Counted from the stretch's first letter, positions 40,855-56,690 are shown. The stretch: DNA of 64,000 nucleotides from the human T2T-CHM13v2.0 reference genome, Homo sapiens (GCA_009914755.4 CP086569.2:16416001-16480000); one strand, 5' to 3'. Notes: generated by a model from the letters alone, not told the origin. Numbers and translations: made by a program.

Positions 40855-41270
40855 AGATGATATAGATGTGATGGATGGATGGATGGATGGATGGATGGAT
40901 GGATGGATGGAATAGATGATAGCTAACTAGGTAGCTAATTACCTAGCTACCTAGATAGATAATAAAGAGACACATAGAGAAACAGATAGAAATATAGAGA
41001 GATACATATATACATCGATATATAGACAGATGCAGAAAGAGACAAAGATGAGATAGATGGATGGATAAATTGATAAAATAGATGATAGATAGATAGCTAG
41101 ATAGATAGATATTATCAATAAATAAATGCAACGAGAGAGGCAAAGATGACAGATGGGATGGATGGATGGATGGATGGATGGATGAAATAGAGATAGATAG
41201 ATAAATAGATAGATGAAATAGATGATAGATGTAACAGATGAAAGATAGACATATAGATGGAACACACAAA
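40735..41270. repeat. Compound tetranucleotide microsatellite block: (GATA)n about 12, (GGAT)n about 10, second (GGAT)n about 8, plus degenerate GATA/GATG units
   Basis: atagatagatagatag… at 40804-40853, ggatggatggatgg… at 40871-40911 and 41156-41188, and interspersed (gata/gatg/aata) units. The ORF track shows this as long antisense Ile/Ser/Leu-rich pseudo-ORFs. Confidence 0.9.
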
Positions 41271-42094
41271 ACTATATATACACATCATGCTATTGATAAA
41301 AATTTTCATTTTACTTTCCAGTACTAAAATTATGTCAGAATTTGTCATGGTTGACACACTCACTGATTTTATACTGTAGATAGGATTGACACCTTCCTGA
41401 CTGCATGAAGAACTTGAGTCTAAGCAAGTCGTAAGATGAATCCTAGCGAACCTCAGAGGAGCAAAATGACTCATCTCTTTCTTCCAACATCTTGTTAAAA
41501 AAAATCATTTTTTGAGGCACTCATTAATTTAGTGATCTAATTAACATTTTATAGGACATTTTCAGAGGTGCTTTAAATAATTGCTGAGTTACTGAGAGTG
41601 ATTTCTTCATGTCTCAGGGGTATGTTCTGAAGTAAGTATTCATTTCCACTTTTAACATTCATGGAACAAAATTAAGTTGCTTCTAAAACTTTAATTTTAA
41701 GGGCCTGTCTCAGAAAAGCATCTGGGCAAGAAAAAGACAAAAAAAAAAAAAAAAAAAAAAAACCCTTGTAATTTTCTGTGGAGTGTTTCCTGCCCATTAA
41801 AAATGTTAGGTATTTTCTTTTGGGATTTTGATCCGGTTGGGCTTTTTTGTTTTTTTTTGTTTTGTTTTGTTTTGTTGGAATCACTAAATTACTTCCTATT
41901 TTCTGGTAGACTGAGTAGGTAATACCTTAGCATTTGTGGAAAAAGAAGTGAAAAACTCTAAGGTCCTATGAGCAGGAAGGTTAGCTTCATAAAGTAGTCA
42001 GAAAGAGCCTCCTTTTCAGTATGTGGGAAAAGAAGCTTGGATTGGAATCAGGGTATTTATTGGGACTGAAGTGATCCCCCATTTGTCTTCTCAG

Positions 42095-42513
42095 AGAAAT
42101 GGCACATTGGGATAAGCTGTCACAGCAAGACTGACTTCTTGCTTTTCATCATAGCTTTGATTATTTCTATGGGATGACCTCCTTAACCCATCTGAGAGAC
42201 AGCAAGGCAAGGGAGGGCAGTGTCTTCACCATGGGCTTCAAGAGACCGGTCTTCATCCCCCTGCAGATCATCAGAGTGGCCCTCCTTACCCTCACTGCAC
42301 TCAATTGTCTGGGGCTGCTCCACCTGCCGCTGGCCACTTTTTTTGGCCTTCTCTTCCTAGCAGCTCTGATCCTGATCTTTTCCTGGGCTTCTGTGATTAC
42401 TTCCAGTCCCTGAACTTCTTCATCATGAGGAACTACCAGATCATTCAGCAGCCCATGTCCTATGGCAATCTCACTCAGAGGCTAATGGTGGAGGCAGCCC
42501 AGTTCATATAGTG
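42095..42513 (+). pseudogene. STSP1: Steroid-sulfatase-like large exon (membrane-spanning hairpin region) with frameshifts and terminal TAG
   Basis: Acceptor ttgtcttctcag, donor gtgggt. Frames read …[14 protein letters not shown]…, …[64 protein letters not shown]… and then, after a 1-nt loss, …[47 protein letters not shown] has [110 protein letters not shown]. Confidence 0.8.
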
Positions 42514-43248
42514 GTGGGTATTGCCTTGACTTCTGATACTGCCTGTAAAAAAAAATCATTCTGGGTTATTTTTTTGTGGAGCTGGAAGAACCAGCAGCGT
42601 TATTGTGCTAGCCACATTTTCCCTTCCATACCTAACATATTTCTTCATCCAGAGATCTCCATAGCACATGTTTAACAGCTTCAGAAAGGTATTGCAATGC
42701 AGTGTGCTCTCCTTAGGGTCTCTTTGCCAACATTCCCCACATCCTGGGCCAGAAAGTCCATGCCAAAATAATGTCTGCTGATGACAAAGGAGGTGTCAGA
42801 TAACCCGCTGGCCTTTACTCTTCAAATGTGGCCATCAAGAGAGGCAAGGTAATGGTTTATGTTTAGCTGAGAGATTGTCCTTGTGACATAAATAATGTGG
42901 AAAGATCCAAAATATTTTGGGCCAATCTCTGGGCAAACAAAACAAAACAAAGACCTCTGTAAGTAAATTGGGTGAAGTGAATGACATCTTTTGGGTCTCT
43001 TGAGTCCCACTGAGTTTATAGTTTTGGGGATTGCAATCTGTAAATGGAATAACTGTCAACAGAGGAGCAGAGAATATTCCTGAGTTATACAGGTATAAGT
43101 ATAATATATACGTATATTATAATACATAATATAGAGAGCATGAAAATACATAGTTAGATATGTAAAGGCTAATCAAGAATATTTGCTATTCAAAACACAC
43201 AAATTAAAGTATTTTTTCAACTTGTAACTGTAGAGGACAGGACATTGA

Positions 43249-43589
<341 letters not shown>

Positions 43590-46500
43590 AGAACTTTGGT
43601 CTTTATGGTGACTTAAATCCTAGGGAAGATTTAAAAGATAGTTTTGGGGGTGATTAAAAAATTATAAAGGAGGCAAAGGAAATGTAAGTAATATTGGTTT
43701 ATCATCCAAATAATTGCATGACACAAAATTCTAAAATCAATATCTGGATTGAACAATTATTGACAATAAAAGGGAAGTTACTGTGATGAAAGGAAAGTAT
43801 ATTAGAGATTTAATTTAAAAATAAGCAAATGTGCTTAGCCTAAGAAGAAATATGTAGTTAAGGTATGTGGAAGCTACATAAGGTAGGACTGGTGAGAACG
43901 GTAAAAGGTAACATACTCTGTGAAAATTATTTTGTCGTTTCCTCACATGGAAGATGTTGTGTTCCTCTGTCCAGATCTTGTGTGCATGGAGTTGATGCTT
44001 TACTGGAGGTTGGGAATGGCAGTGGTTCTCCTCACTCTCTTCTTCCAGTTATGAAACAGCATAGAAGCAACCCATTCACCTGGAGGTACAACAGTGTCCT
44101 GCTACCCACAACATCATGGATTATGCAATAGATAAATCATAGGGTATATTTTTGTATATCTGTTATCACAAAAGTGTTTCGTCAACTCTGACAGAAACCC
44201 ACATATGGTTTGGGTGTCTGAACAGACTATGAAGTGACCTACACAAAAGTTGCCATTGATAGTGTCATTTCCTCCCTCTAAAAATCAGACAGAAGTAGAA
44301 TGATTAGTTCTTATAGTTCACACCACCTCTCAGTTTTAACAAATTTTATTAAAATCTAAATTGTTGTTTAACTGTGAATTATAAAAACTGGTCATTGGTC
44401 ATTGTAACTATTCTCAGTTTCAGCCTCTGGGACTTGACTCCAGAGAGTATTCTATGTACTAGCTGTCCAACTGCTAAGAGAGCACCTCACAGTTTTTTTC
44501 ATTTTGGTTAGCATCCCACTTCCTCTGCCATTTCTGTTTTTGTCAGTGAAGACTGACAAAATCTTGGAGGATTAACACTTGAAAGTTTGTTTCTTGCCCA
44601 TTCAAAATCTATTGCTGCTTGGGTGACGCTGTAGGGAAGCTTTGCTCCATGAGGAGACTCAGGGATCCAGGTTGCTAATATCTTGTGCTTCTGTCATCTT
44701 AGTAGGTGGCCTTCCCAATGGCATCCACAGGAGAAAAGAGTTGAAGGATCACTTGGCAGCTTTTCCTTACTTCACTGACCTAGGGGTCAGCTTGTAGAAC
44801 AGGCCCCATGTCTCCACACTGACTTGACGTGGGGCTAAGAGGCAGTCTCCCCATATGTTCAGGAAGAAGAAAGTGAAACAGCCTTACTGAACACATAGAA
44901 GTGATTTTCCTACTGCAGGCAGTGATTTTCAAATTTGTTTTAAAGCTGAGGAATATTTCAGATGAAATTTTATGAGAAGCTAAGTATGTCAGAGGCATAA
45001 AAGTTGCAGTGCTTGGGTGAAACTGGAACAGAGGACTGCATTTGGAAACTACTGACATTTAGTAAAGCCCCATGAAACCTCATGAACAGCTGGAGAGAAA
45101 GGGCAGACTCTGAAACAAAAGAATAAAAGAACATCTGAGCAAACATCTAGTTAGTGCAGACTCTAGGCAAATTAATATTTAACAGACATTCATAAGTACA
45201 AAATGTAGGCACATGAAGAGAAAAATCAATATGAGCCTTGGAATTTTAAAAAATGGTTATTTGATATTACAGCTATATGAGTGGAGGTTGAAGGAATTTG
45301 CCCGAGTTTATAGATAAATGTAAACTAAAGGGGCTAATTTATTATAAAATTTGGATTGTAGACATGACCACATAATGACATTTTGGTCAACAGTGGACCA
45401 CATATATGACAGAGGTCCTATGAGATTATAATGGAGCTGCCTTATAAAGCTGGATGTTTGTATCTTTTATACTGTAATTTTTCCTGTTCCTTTTCTTTGT
45501 GTACATATGACTAGATACACAAATACTTGCCATTGCTTTGCAGTTGCCTGAAGTACTCAGTACAGTCACATGCTGTGCAGGTTTGTAGCCTAGGAGTAAT
45601 AGGCTTTACCATATAGCCTCGGTAGATAGTAGGCTGCACCATCTAGGTTTGTGTAAGTGCACTCTATGATGATTGCACAATGATGAATTTGCTTAATGAT
45701 GCATTTGTCAGAACTATATGAGAACTATGTCTCTGCCACTATATGATGCATGTCTGTACTTGAAGTGTTGATGTAAAGTATACTCTTCATTGGTATTGTA
45801 ATATTTTCATCAGAGAAAGAGTAAAGAAAAAATATTTTTTGGTGTTGTGTGTGTGTATGTTTGTGTATACATGTATGTGTAAAGTAAATATATATGTGTA
45901 TATATGTAAACTAAATACGTGTTTATATATATGTGTATGTATGTGTACTTTACACACATATGTATTTAATTTACAAAGAGATAAATTATTGATCCTGATT
46001 TCCAAGGGAAGCTGTAGGAGATATGCATGTATAGCAGCAGCAAGTATTAATGTAAAGAATAAAAAATTTTCTACCCAGGGATGGATAATAGCCACTGAAA
46101 GTCCTTTAAGCAACTATTTATTGGTCTGTCAGAATCCAGGTAAGATGTGGGCTATTTGTCATGATTTTCACAGATTTGGGCTGACGGGCACATGCTGGAG
46201 GGGTTGTGAGTCGTTCTTGGGCAATATGCCTATAGTCTGGGTGCCTGTCCTGGGTAAACATTGGGGTCTGTGGGTAACCATAGCTCCATCATGTCATGCC
46301 CATGCTGACAGCCTGTCTTACCCAGGCACCAGAGACTGCAGAAACCTATCGGATTCTGCTCACAGTAAAATGGTATGGTGAAGGATGTTGTGCAATTCCT
46401 GAGAGAGGAAGGAAGACTTTAAGCTGTCAGTCACACTCCTGAACATTTATTTCAAGTATTATTTTCACAGAGATACTGCAGAGTTATCAGTGCCAGTGTT

Positions 46501-47124
46501 CAGCCCACACAGCTAGATGCAGGCATTGCAGGGGTGGCCACCTGCCTCCTGGACATGGTGCTTGATTCAGAACTATGCATTGTAGGTGGCCCTTTGCTAG
46601 CCTAGTGTGTGGTGGGTTATAATATAGGATCATTATGACTTCCTAAAGGTAAACAAAGAGGGGAAAAGGGAGATAGTCTAGGACTACATGGGTAGACAAG
46701 TGATACCTCAGACTTTGCATAAGGAAAATCCCAGAGGTGCTTATTACAGCTGAAGATGGCCAGGATGAACTCTAGGGACTGTCACAGAGTAGTCCTGAAA
46801 TGAGACTTTGCATCAGCATTTTAATAAGCTTCCCAAAACATTCTAAACTGGGTGTTTCATAGGACACTCTAAGAAACACTGGGTTTCATATACATGTATG
46901 AGCTTTGGCCACTATGCTGAAATATTGCAATTATTTGTCACCTAGATTTTTCTAGAACTTGATGCCAACATGTAAAAGCTTTGGAACTTAATAAGATACA
47001 TCATTCAGTTATATCATCATCTAATAAGATACACACAGATATGTGATTGAAACAAAAGCTTACAGAAATGATCTTTCTCTTACTAGGGTAATTACCCTAA
47101 TATTTTCTACCCCGGTTTATTCTG

Positions 47125-47163
47125 TTTTTTGTTTGTTTGTTTGTTTGTTTGTTTGTTTGTTTT
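47125..47163. repeat. (GTTT)n microsatellite (~9 units)
   Basis: gttttttgtttgtttgtttgtttgtttgtttgtttgtttt. Confidence 0.85.
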
Positions 47164-48315
47164 ATGATCTGGTTGTGGAACTAAATTAAATTCATGATGT
47201 ATCAATGGGTCACAGTCTACATGATTGACCATGTTCTTACCTGGTGTGCGAGCTTTACTGTGTTTGATAAACAGGAGCATAGCCATTCCAAGATGGAGCA
47301 ACACTCTGGGAAGAATGTCAGGCCAGTCTATTTAAGGCATAAAACAACAGTGTGCTGTTTGTCAAATTTGCTGGGAAAGCTGGACATCCTTATATTAGTC
47401 TTCATCTACCATGAATCTCTCAAAAGCATACAGAGTGGAGATTAATAAAATGTCCTTCATATAATGATGGTCAAAAATGACCCTGGGCTTCCAGGCTGAA
47501 TCACCTTGTATGACATGTATTTTGTGTGAAATTATTTAATCTGTTAGGTATGTGAATATTCATATGATTAAAAGGCATTTTAATGGCTTCCTTAGTATAT
47601 AATTTTGGGAGGGGACCAAAACAAATTTGATGATCATGAGGACATTGAAGCCTGACAAGCTAATATTTATTACCTCTAATTATTCGGGAGCTAAGATTTT
47701 CTTTTAGAACTAGAGATTTAAGATGTTCTAGCAACATCAAAGTTGGAGGGATGGTTATTGAATTACAACAAAAGAGTTTTTTCTTTAAAATAGGTGATTC
47801 TAGTGTAGATGGCTATTATCCACATTGGAGCACGCACTGCATGGTTAATATTAGTGAAAATGCTAGCATTTTGAACACTGTGATGCCATTCACAAACAGC
47901 TTCTTACGTACATTATCTGAAGATACAAAGATTTAAAGCACATTGTTACAATCATCCTTGGGTAGAGCTGTCTATCTGTGTTAGATTAGTTATCTAATTC
48001 TCTGAATATGATATCCAAGAGTCCTGAGAGAATGGCCTTGATATGCTACCAAAGACCTAATATTTGTGACACCACTATGTTCAGAAAACATTCCTTCAAT
48101 ATCTGAAGACACATTTATGTGTGTTATTTCATTATCAAGAATATCCTGAGCAATTTAGCCAGGTCTTACAACTTTTGTAAGAAATGGAGGTAGAGTTATT
48201 CAGCAGCTGAAAATGGAATGCCTGATTAAAGCAATGGTAGTATTAGTGGAATTTATTCAAACGCTTTTGAATTTAAGAATTTCCAGTTGCAACTGGTGCC
48301 TTGTTTAGATATTTT

Positions 48316-48318
<3 letters not shown>

Positions 48319-48362
<44 letters not shown>
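48319..48362. repeat. (AT)n microsatellite (~22 units)
   Basis: Uninterrupted atatat run ending atacac. Confidence 0.9.
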
Positions 48363-48366
<4 letters not shown>

Positions 48367-50536
48367 TTATGTATTTGTACACAGCTTTTTCTCAGTTCAT
48401 CTGTCAAAGGTGGGAGGAAAATGATTTAAAATTCTTACTTCTAAAATTTACAGTCTTTCTCTATGCTGTGTTGCTGATATGATTTATACTCAGGGGTTTG
48501 CTCCTGAGATGCTGGCTTGTGATATTAGTGTATGAATGACAAGGGGGCATAAGGCAAAGATGCTTCATTGGTTTGTGATTCTTGAAAATGAGGTCCACAT
48601 AGTCAAACCCAGTTTGTGGCCTGGGATTCCATGCACATATTTTCAAGTTGAGGAGAGTGATGATTTAGAATATATAAACATGCACTCCACAATCTTTCAC
48701 CCTAATTGTCTCATTGAAGGATAATAAATTTATCCTTCTATTACTAGAGAGTTGGATAATTAGCTCACCATATGTTATATGCTGCATAGTCACACAGGAG
48801 ATGGGTCATCTTGCATACACTTTAACCAGAAATCCTTGTTATTCTTGCAGAGAGGAATGAACTATAAATTTCGTGAAGATACCCAATGCTCTGTATGTGC
48901 TCTGCAGATTCATCCCATTATGACAGTTTTGGGTTTTGCCATTCCTCTCTTCATTTCAATGCAAAACAGATACAACTTAGGTGCACAGCAGAAATGGTAA
49001 CACAGAATGGGACATGTTCAAGTATAATGTACACCATGAAGTGGTTGCCAATTATGTATCAGGTGCTGTGGATACACACATTGCTTTGTGTACCTTCCAT
49101 ACCCATTGCTTCCTTCATACCACATAACAACCTCATAAGGTCGGTAAATAGATGTCTCATCACGAAGAAACTTTCAGGCTGAAGTCCTTTGATTTCAGCC
49201 CCACAGGTAATAAAGAGTAGAGGCTGAATTTAAACAGAGTAAACTCAATCATCTGAATGTTGGAATGGTCCACAAACAGTTGGGGGATTCTCTTCTCCTC
49301 CATCCACTCTGGTGCGGTAGACTTACTGAGTGAGGATTAGCTGGAAGAAGATTAGGGCACTATATGGGTGTCTGAACACCTTTCTCTAGATAGAAGAGTC
49401 TAGGTCCAATGCTTAAGGAAGGAGAATGCATCTCTTTAATCCTCGTAGATAAGTTTCAATGTCAGTATTGTTGTCATTACCATGGTAATGGAGAAGTACC
49501 TGAATGTTCTGATAAGAAAATAAGGGGTACATGATGATGGGTGAAGTTAGCAATGAATAGGTTATGTTATCCAATTATGGGATTTATAGATTTATCTGAA
49601 ATTTGCCATAATTAAAGTTTCAATTAAAAACTAATAATCTGTAGTCACTCTCAATGTAGGCTAACTCTTGTTCTTTATCAATGATTTTTTTAGCAAAGGG
49701 TTTATGGGTACCAAATTGAAAATTTGAAAATGATGTAGAGTTCTGTTTTTAATCTCTGACTTCCTGCATAGTAACATCTCCTATTCTGACTATAATAAAC
49801 CCTGCTCCCTGACAACTCTCCACAGAAAAACAAAACAAAACAAAACACCATGACATCAGCATGATAGAAAGTATCAGTAACCAAGGAGTTGGGGGTTGGA
49901 GGGAAATAATCTTCATGAAAAGATTATACCCCTAGTGGAGAACTGTGGAAAGACTGTCTCCTCTACCATTTCCTATCATCTGTAGTTTAATGGTAAATAA
50001 ATACTCATTTCTATAAGCATTGCTTGTATAATCATAATCCCCTAAAATCTATGATAGATAGTAAATGTATTATTGGAAAATATATGACTTTTTGTCCTGG
50101 TCTATGTACTGCCATCACCATTTGGCAAGGTCACAATCCTGAAATGCATTTATCAGATACCTCCAGCCTATCCTCTCCCATTTCCAGCTGGACTCCAGTG
50201 TAAGTGGCTGTGATGAATAGCTGTGATTTGGCTAAAAGTGTCTTTTGAATAAAGTGATCTTTAGGAGATTTCATTACTTTAGATAAGAGTGTAAGCCAGA
50301 AAGGAATGGGGTGATATTGATTTTAATTCATGGTAAGAAAAGTAAATCAGATTAAACTTTAAGGGCAATACACGGGATACAAACAGATGCTCATTCAAAA
50401 ATGGAAAAGTTAAATAATTAAAGAGTTGTCATCAAGAGTCACATTATTATATAACTGTAGATGACGCATGATTTGTTTTTAACTTTTGTGGGCCTATGAG
50501 ATAATGTATTTGAAAATGAAGGTAACAGGCACAATT

Positions 50537-50960
50537 ACTCATGCCTGTAATCCTAGCATTTTGGGAGGCCTAGGTGGGAGGATAATTTGAGCCCAGGAGT
50601 TTAAGACCACCTTGGGTTATATAGCAAGACTCTGCGCCTACAAAAACTAAAGAGACATTAGCTGGGCATGGTGGTGTGTGCCTGTAGTCCCAACTACTCA
50701 GCCGGCTGAGGTGGGCTAAGGTGGGAAGATTGCTTGATTCCAGGAGTTTGAGACCAGCCTGGGCAATATAGTGAGACCTTGTCTCTAAAAAAATAAATCT
50801 TAACTCGACATGGTGATGCACATCTATAGTCTTAGCTACTCAAGAAGCAAAGGTGGGAGACTCTCTTGAGCCTCAGAGTTGGAGGCTGCAGTGAGCTAAG
50901 ACTGCAGAACTACACTCCAGCCTGCCCAACAGAGCGAGACCCTGTCTCTGAAAAAAAAAA
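50537..50960 (+). mobile_element. Composite Alu (dimeric Alu plus extra monomer-like segment)
   Basis: actcatgcctgtaatcctagcattttgggaggcctaggtgggaggataatttgagcccaggagtttaagaccac…agctgggcatggtggtgtgtgcctgtagtcccaactactcagccggctgaggtgg…ggctgcagtgagctaagactgcagaactacactccagcctgcccaacagagcgagaccctgtctctgaaaaaaaaaaaaaa. Confidence 0.7.
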
Positions 50961-53882
50961 AAAAAAGCTGGGTGAGGTGCTTCTTTTTTTTGTTTGTTTG
51001 AACCCCTGGTTTCTGCCTGAGCATATCATAACAATATAGGTTCTGAGGGATATTTATCTTTTGCCATACTAGATCCAGTGGGTCCATGCCATTCCCAACT
51101 CACTGGGGCATAAGGAATACTTAAACCTGACCCTGGAAATGCCCCTCCAACCATAAATTTCTGTATCTCTGAATATCATACCTGTGAATAGCTCGAAAAC
51201 CTGCATGTTTATGGAAAACATTCACAAATGCTGTCATGCTATGTGAACCTTTGGAAGCTACCTCTTTCTAGGAGCAAATTCTGACCCCTGCCAGGTTGAG
51301 ATAAGTTCTCCTTCTCTGAATTCATTCTCTGCAGTGCTGAGTAGGGGCACTTAAGACAGCTTAGATTAGCTGTCAATGCTCTTGTCTGAACTGTGGATTG
51401 CTGATGGCAGGGTCCGATCCAGCCTCCTTTTGTATTTCTAGTGCCTGGTATCATGTGTCAGCAGAACATTTGCTTAGTAACTGCAAAACTCAGATGGAAG
51501 ACATGAACAGCTGGATGTATAAATCCACCTGCTGCACATAGAGGTGGTCACATGAACTTCAGGGAGGGTGGGGAGGCAGCGACTGTTGATACCGCTATCT
51601 GATTTATGCCATACTCTAATTACCAGCAGCAAAAGGTAACCAGAAGGAATTCACAGACATCCCTACTTGCATTCCCATTATTCCCTATGTCCACTGCAGT
51701 TGGAACAATACTACAATAATAAAGGTCAGACACTCAGATGAAGATTATTATTCTGAATATCTTCAGAATTATATTTAATGGCAGACAGAAAAAAATGCCT
51801 TAGGCATCTTCTTGCCTGCATTTTTATTCGTGCCTCTATAGGACATAAATCTTTTTTGTTCTGAGATTGGAATGATTACATGTTCCTGGAAAGGCTCAGG
51901 GCTGCCTTCAGTGTTTTTAACAAACGGAGCACAGGCATGTAGCAGCTGAAAGTTCTATCTTTTTGCACAGTGTGAAAAACAGTGGCAATAAATTTTCAAA
52001 ACAGTTCTTTACTGAAGTACTCCAGCTAATAAAAAAGGAGTTAAGCTGTTATTGAGAAATCTTTCTCCTACCAACTTGCTGATATGTCATTCAGTTTTCT
52101 AGGTCATAGAGAAGAGAGCCCAGATCTCCTCCCTGAGCCTGGGTGTGAAGCAAATGACCTTTCCTGATCTCTCAAAGGATACTACAAAGCAAGAATTCCT
52201 TCACCCGGGCACAGGCTGTCAATTACACCCTAGGTGTGTGTGGGAAATCTGGTGATTTATGTCTGTCTAGCCAACATTCCCATGCACCATTGATTTCATT
52301 TCTGTTTCCAGATGGTAAATCTTGGAACAGTATTTTTGCAAGCCAAGTATGCTTTTCTGTGTTTTCTGGGTTTGTTTTTGTATCGTCAAACCTAATCAAC
52401 TCTACTCGATGCACAGAGTATACACAAAGATGCTCGTATCTCTGATGTCACCTATAGGATGAAAAACCACTGCTTTATAGAGAGATGTTAGAAAATGAGT
52501 TATATAAATATGTGAATTGTGAGAACAAACACATTAATTTCCTTCTCCCTTTCTAAGGGGGATTCCCCTGCATTCCAAGACAAAGATCATGTTCATAGCC
52601 TTGATTGAACCCGGAGTTAGATCTCTGACTCATCTGCTATTGAAGTCCTCATGAACTGGCTTGTATTTCATGCTCTCTTATTTATTGGTTGTACCATCTT
52701 TATCATTTATTTCTTTATTTCCACCTCACATTTTAATATGCTTCAATTTTACAATCCTGTCAATCATGTTGGCTGGTGTCTGTTTCTTGTTTATCATTCT
52801 TTGTTGTTGTTTTTTTTTTTTTGAACTTTTGAACAAGAGGACAACCATCCAAAATTGGAGAATCCAAGTTGAAACATGCAGTAGCTCTTCCTGCTCAGCA
52901 AATTCTGCCAGTCACATGCTATATGACCATGCTTGGGAGATTGAAATTTTAAGCTTTCTCATCTATTTTCTTTAACTTTAAATCTAAAAATAAATGGGAG
53001 AGCAGATGAGAGAGAAATTGCAGTGAGACTATTCTCATACATAATGTAACTATCTAATTAGGAACACAAAGATTGTAATTTCATATTTGTTTTGAGGAAT
53101 CTAAGCGAGTTTAGGAGAACACAATCTGCTTCTGGGGAAGGAGGTGCAATTTGCCCAGGTGTGAATAAACTTTCCCCATAATAAGTAGGATGGAGGCCTC
53201 ACAGTCTGCCCTGGGTGGCCAAATTCTCTAACATACTGTGGCTCCATTTCAGCTCCTCCAGGTTCCTCAAGGGCATCTTCTCTTAGAAGGAGCCAAACAC
53301 ATGGCTCAGTAGAGAGGCTCATATGTAAGTCATCAGCTAGGATGACAATTACAGTGCTTCCATCTAAGCAGTAGTATGTCCTCTTTTCTTTCTGAGACAT
53401 AATGGTGAATGTTACAGACCAGGTCCAGTGGGCTCTCATTGCATGCCTTCTTATTCCAGTTACTGTGAGAGGAGAGACAAACCCCTGAGGAATTTGTTCT
53501 TTTTTTTACTTTCTGGGCTGTGAGATATTAATTTCCTTGCTTTATATTCTTGTAAAAGATGGGGAGTGGGACATAAATTGCCACAATGTACTGGAATAAT
53601 AAAACATGGTACTAGTTATTACCAACAACTTGTTAGATTTAATCTGCCTATTTTCAGAGAACTGGAGATACCTGGCTTAGCTCTCACCCAAAGTGTGCTG
53701 TTCTGTGTTAATTTTCTGTTTAACAGGAGTAGGGGTTAATAAATATAAGGATTGACCTTAAATGGGAAGTGTTACAGCCATAGGTGTGAGCAGTTCACCT
53801 AGAAGGAAACACATGGTCTGGAGGATCCCAAGGTATATTGACATTAGCAAAATACAAATGCATTTAGAAAAGCATACATCTG

Positions 53883-54333
<451 letters not shown>

Positions 54334-54659
54334 TCAGTCTCATCCTCTCCTGAGGCTAGCCGTACAAACTAGAATCCCTTTTCCCCAAGGCAGGTTATAG
54401 AGACCAGAACACCTTCTCCCCAAAGCTAGTCATAAGACTGAAAAATAGGACAAATTTTTCCTCATCATTTCTATGTAAAAACCGGCCATAAAGAAATCCC
54501 CCATCCTACCTTGTTTGACTGTGGGTCTTAGTAGTACCATTCCAGAGAAGGTCTTACACCACACCTAGGAGGAAGGCTCAGAGAGGCCAAGAAGAAACTA
54601 GATAGAAAGGCCTTGTCGGCTTTCCCCATTCAGTCCATTACCTTTTGCCCAATCCCATT

Positions 54660-54962
<303 letters not shown>

Positions 54963-56234
54963 GTCCAATCCTATTTGCACATGCTTTGTTGAACCTAAGC
55001 AGAAAAATAGACAATTTACCCTTTATCTTTGGATCTTCAATCTGAAGGCTCCTGTGTGTACACATTAAATGAATTTGTATGCCCTTTCTCCTATTAAAAA
55101 AAAAAAGAAATCAAATTCCTGCCCTCATCCATTCATTGATTCTCTCATTTGTTTGGCAATATTATTAAGCATCATCTACAGGCCATGCATGGTGCTAGGG
55201 CTTGGAGATTCAGTGGAAGGCAAATGCCCCATGGTGCTTTGCTCTGATGGGACTGCCTGGAAAAGGGGAACAGGCTCTCAGAGAATGTGGCATTGGAGAT
55301 GGCTTCTGAGTAATGACTGCTTACCAGGGAGAGGAGGAAGTAAGTTTTAGGTTGAGAGATGATGATGTGCAGAGTATTGAGCTGTGAATATGCAAGCTGT
55401 GTTTGGGACTGGTTATCACATTGGGGTAGAAGCTGGGCTGTGTGAGAGTGTTGGCATCAACATAAGGCTTCATCAGGACTCTTCATGTTTTGTTAATAAA
55501 TCTGAAGTGTAGTTATTTAAGGAACCCACCCAAGTTCACAGAAATAGTTAAAGCTTGAATCAGGGTAAGAAGAAGACATTGGGTAGTGGGCAGTGAGGCA
55601 GGGGCTGTCATTAAGGTGTTTCCCCTCTAAGCATTGCAGCTTCTTGCATGAATCTCTTAGAGCTTCCTCCACCCCTAGGGAAGTGGACACTTGTCCTGTG
55701 CCCTGATAGCCTTCAAAAAGGCCTCTCACCCAGTATTGTCTTTTAGCAGAAAGAAATTGCTAATTATTTCCCAGATGAGGGGTAAAGATTGAGCCTACAA
55801 TGTGAAACTGAGACACAGCACTAAATGCATCTCTCAGAGGGCAACCTGAGGTGATGAAGCAGCCTTGGGACTTACTGATCTCTATCAGCAGACTCAGTTG
55901 TGAAAACTCAGACCTCCCTATAGCAACATTGCTCACAGCCCATTGTAGCAAGGGCCATGCATTGACAGTGACTTATAACTCTTGAACATCTGTGCATTGT
56001 AATCAATTCAAATGAAGGAGGTTTAGGTGCCCTCTGAATTTAGGAATACATTGGCAGTATCATTCCTCTCTCGATAGGTTTGGGCCAATTGAATGAGTGT
56101 TCTATTAAAATTTTGAATACTCTATTCAAAATTTCAGTATTGACCATTGAGTGTTCACTTTATACTTGTTGTATTATAGAAGCAGGTAGAACACAAAGTT
56201 GAGTTGGACTTAAAATGGCATTGATGAAAGTAGT

Positions 56235-56690
56235 TGACAAATGAAGGTACACAATGGAATACGATTTACCTTTAAAAAGAAGGTAATGCTGTCATTTGTG
56301 ACAACATGGATGAACCTGGAGGACATTCTGCTAAGGGAAATAAGCCAAACACAGAAAGACAAATACTACAATATCTCACTGCTTTTTGGAATCTAAGAAG
56401 AAAGTTGAACTCCTAGAAGCAGACAGTAGAATGGCAGTTACCAGGGAATCGGGCTAAGAGAGTGGATGAGGAATGGGGAGATGTTGGTCAAAGGATAAAA
56501 AGTTATAGTTAGACAGGAGGAATAGTTAGGGTATGTATTGCCTTGCCTGGTGAGTATAGTGAATTACAATGTATTATATGTTTGAAAATTGTGGTGAGAG
56601 TAGATTTTAAATATTTTCACCTCAAAGAAATGACAACTATACAATAAATGAATATTTTAATTACCTTTATTTAATCATCCCACAAGTGGA
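56235..56690 (+). mobile_element. Ancient L1 (L1M-type) 3' end fragment, followed by an AT-rich low-complexity tail to about 56940
   Basis: ggaatacgatttacc…gacaacatggatgaacctggaggacattctgctaagggaaataagccaaacacagaaagacaaatactacaatatctcac…agaagcagacagtagaatggcagttaccagggaatcgggc…gatgttggtcaaaggataaaaagttatagttagacagg is the conserved mammalian L1 3' UTR tail. Confidence 0.5.

Noticed and set aside
40735-41270. Periodic short repeats that could superficially resemble a CRISPR-like array
   Set aside because: The units are 4 bp (GATA/GGAT/GT) with no unique spacers. This is a compound microsatellite.
45839-46381. 180-aa + strand ORF
   Set aside because: It begins in a TG/TA-rich low-complexity tract (Cys/Val/Tyr repeats) and continues into unique sequence without any conserved motif or splice context. 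It is most likely spurious.
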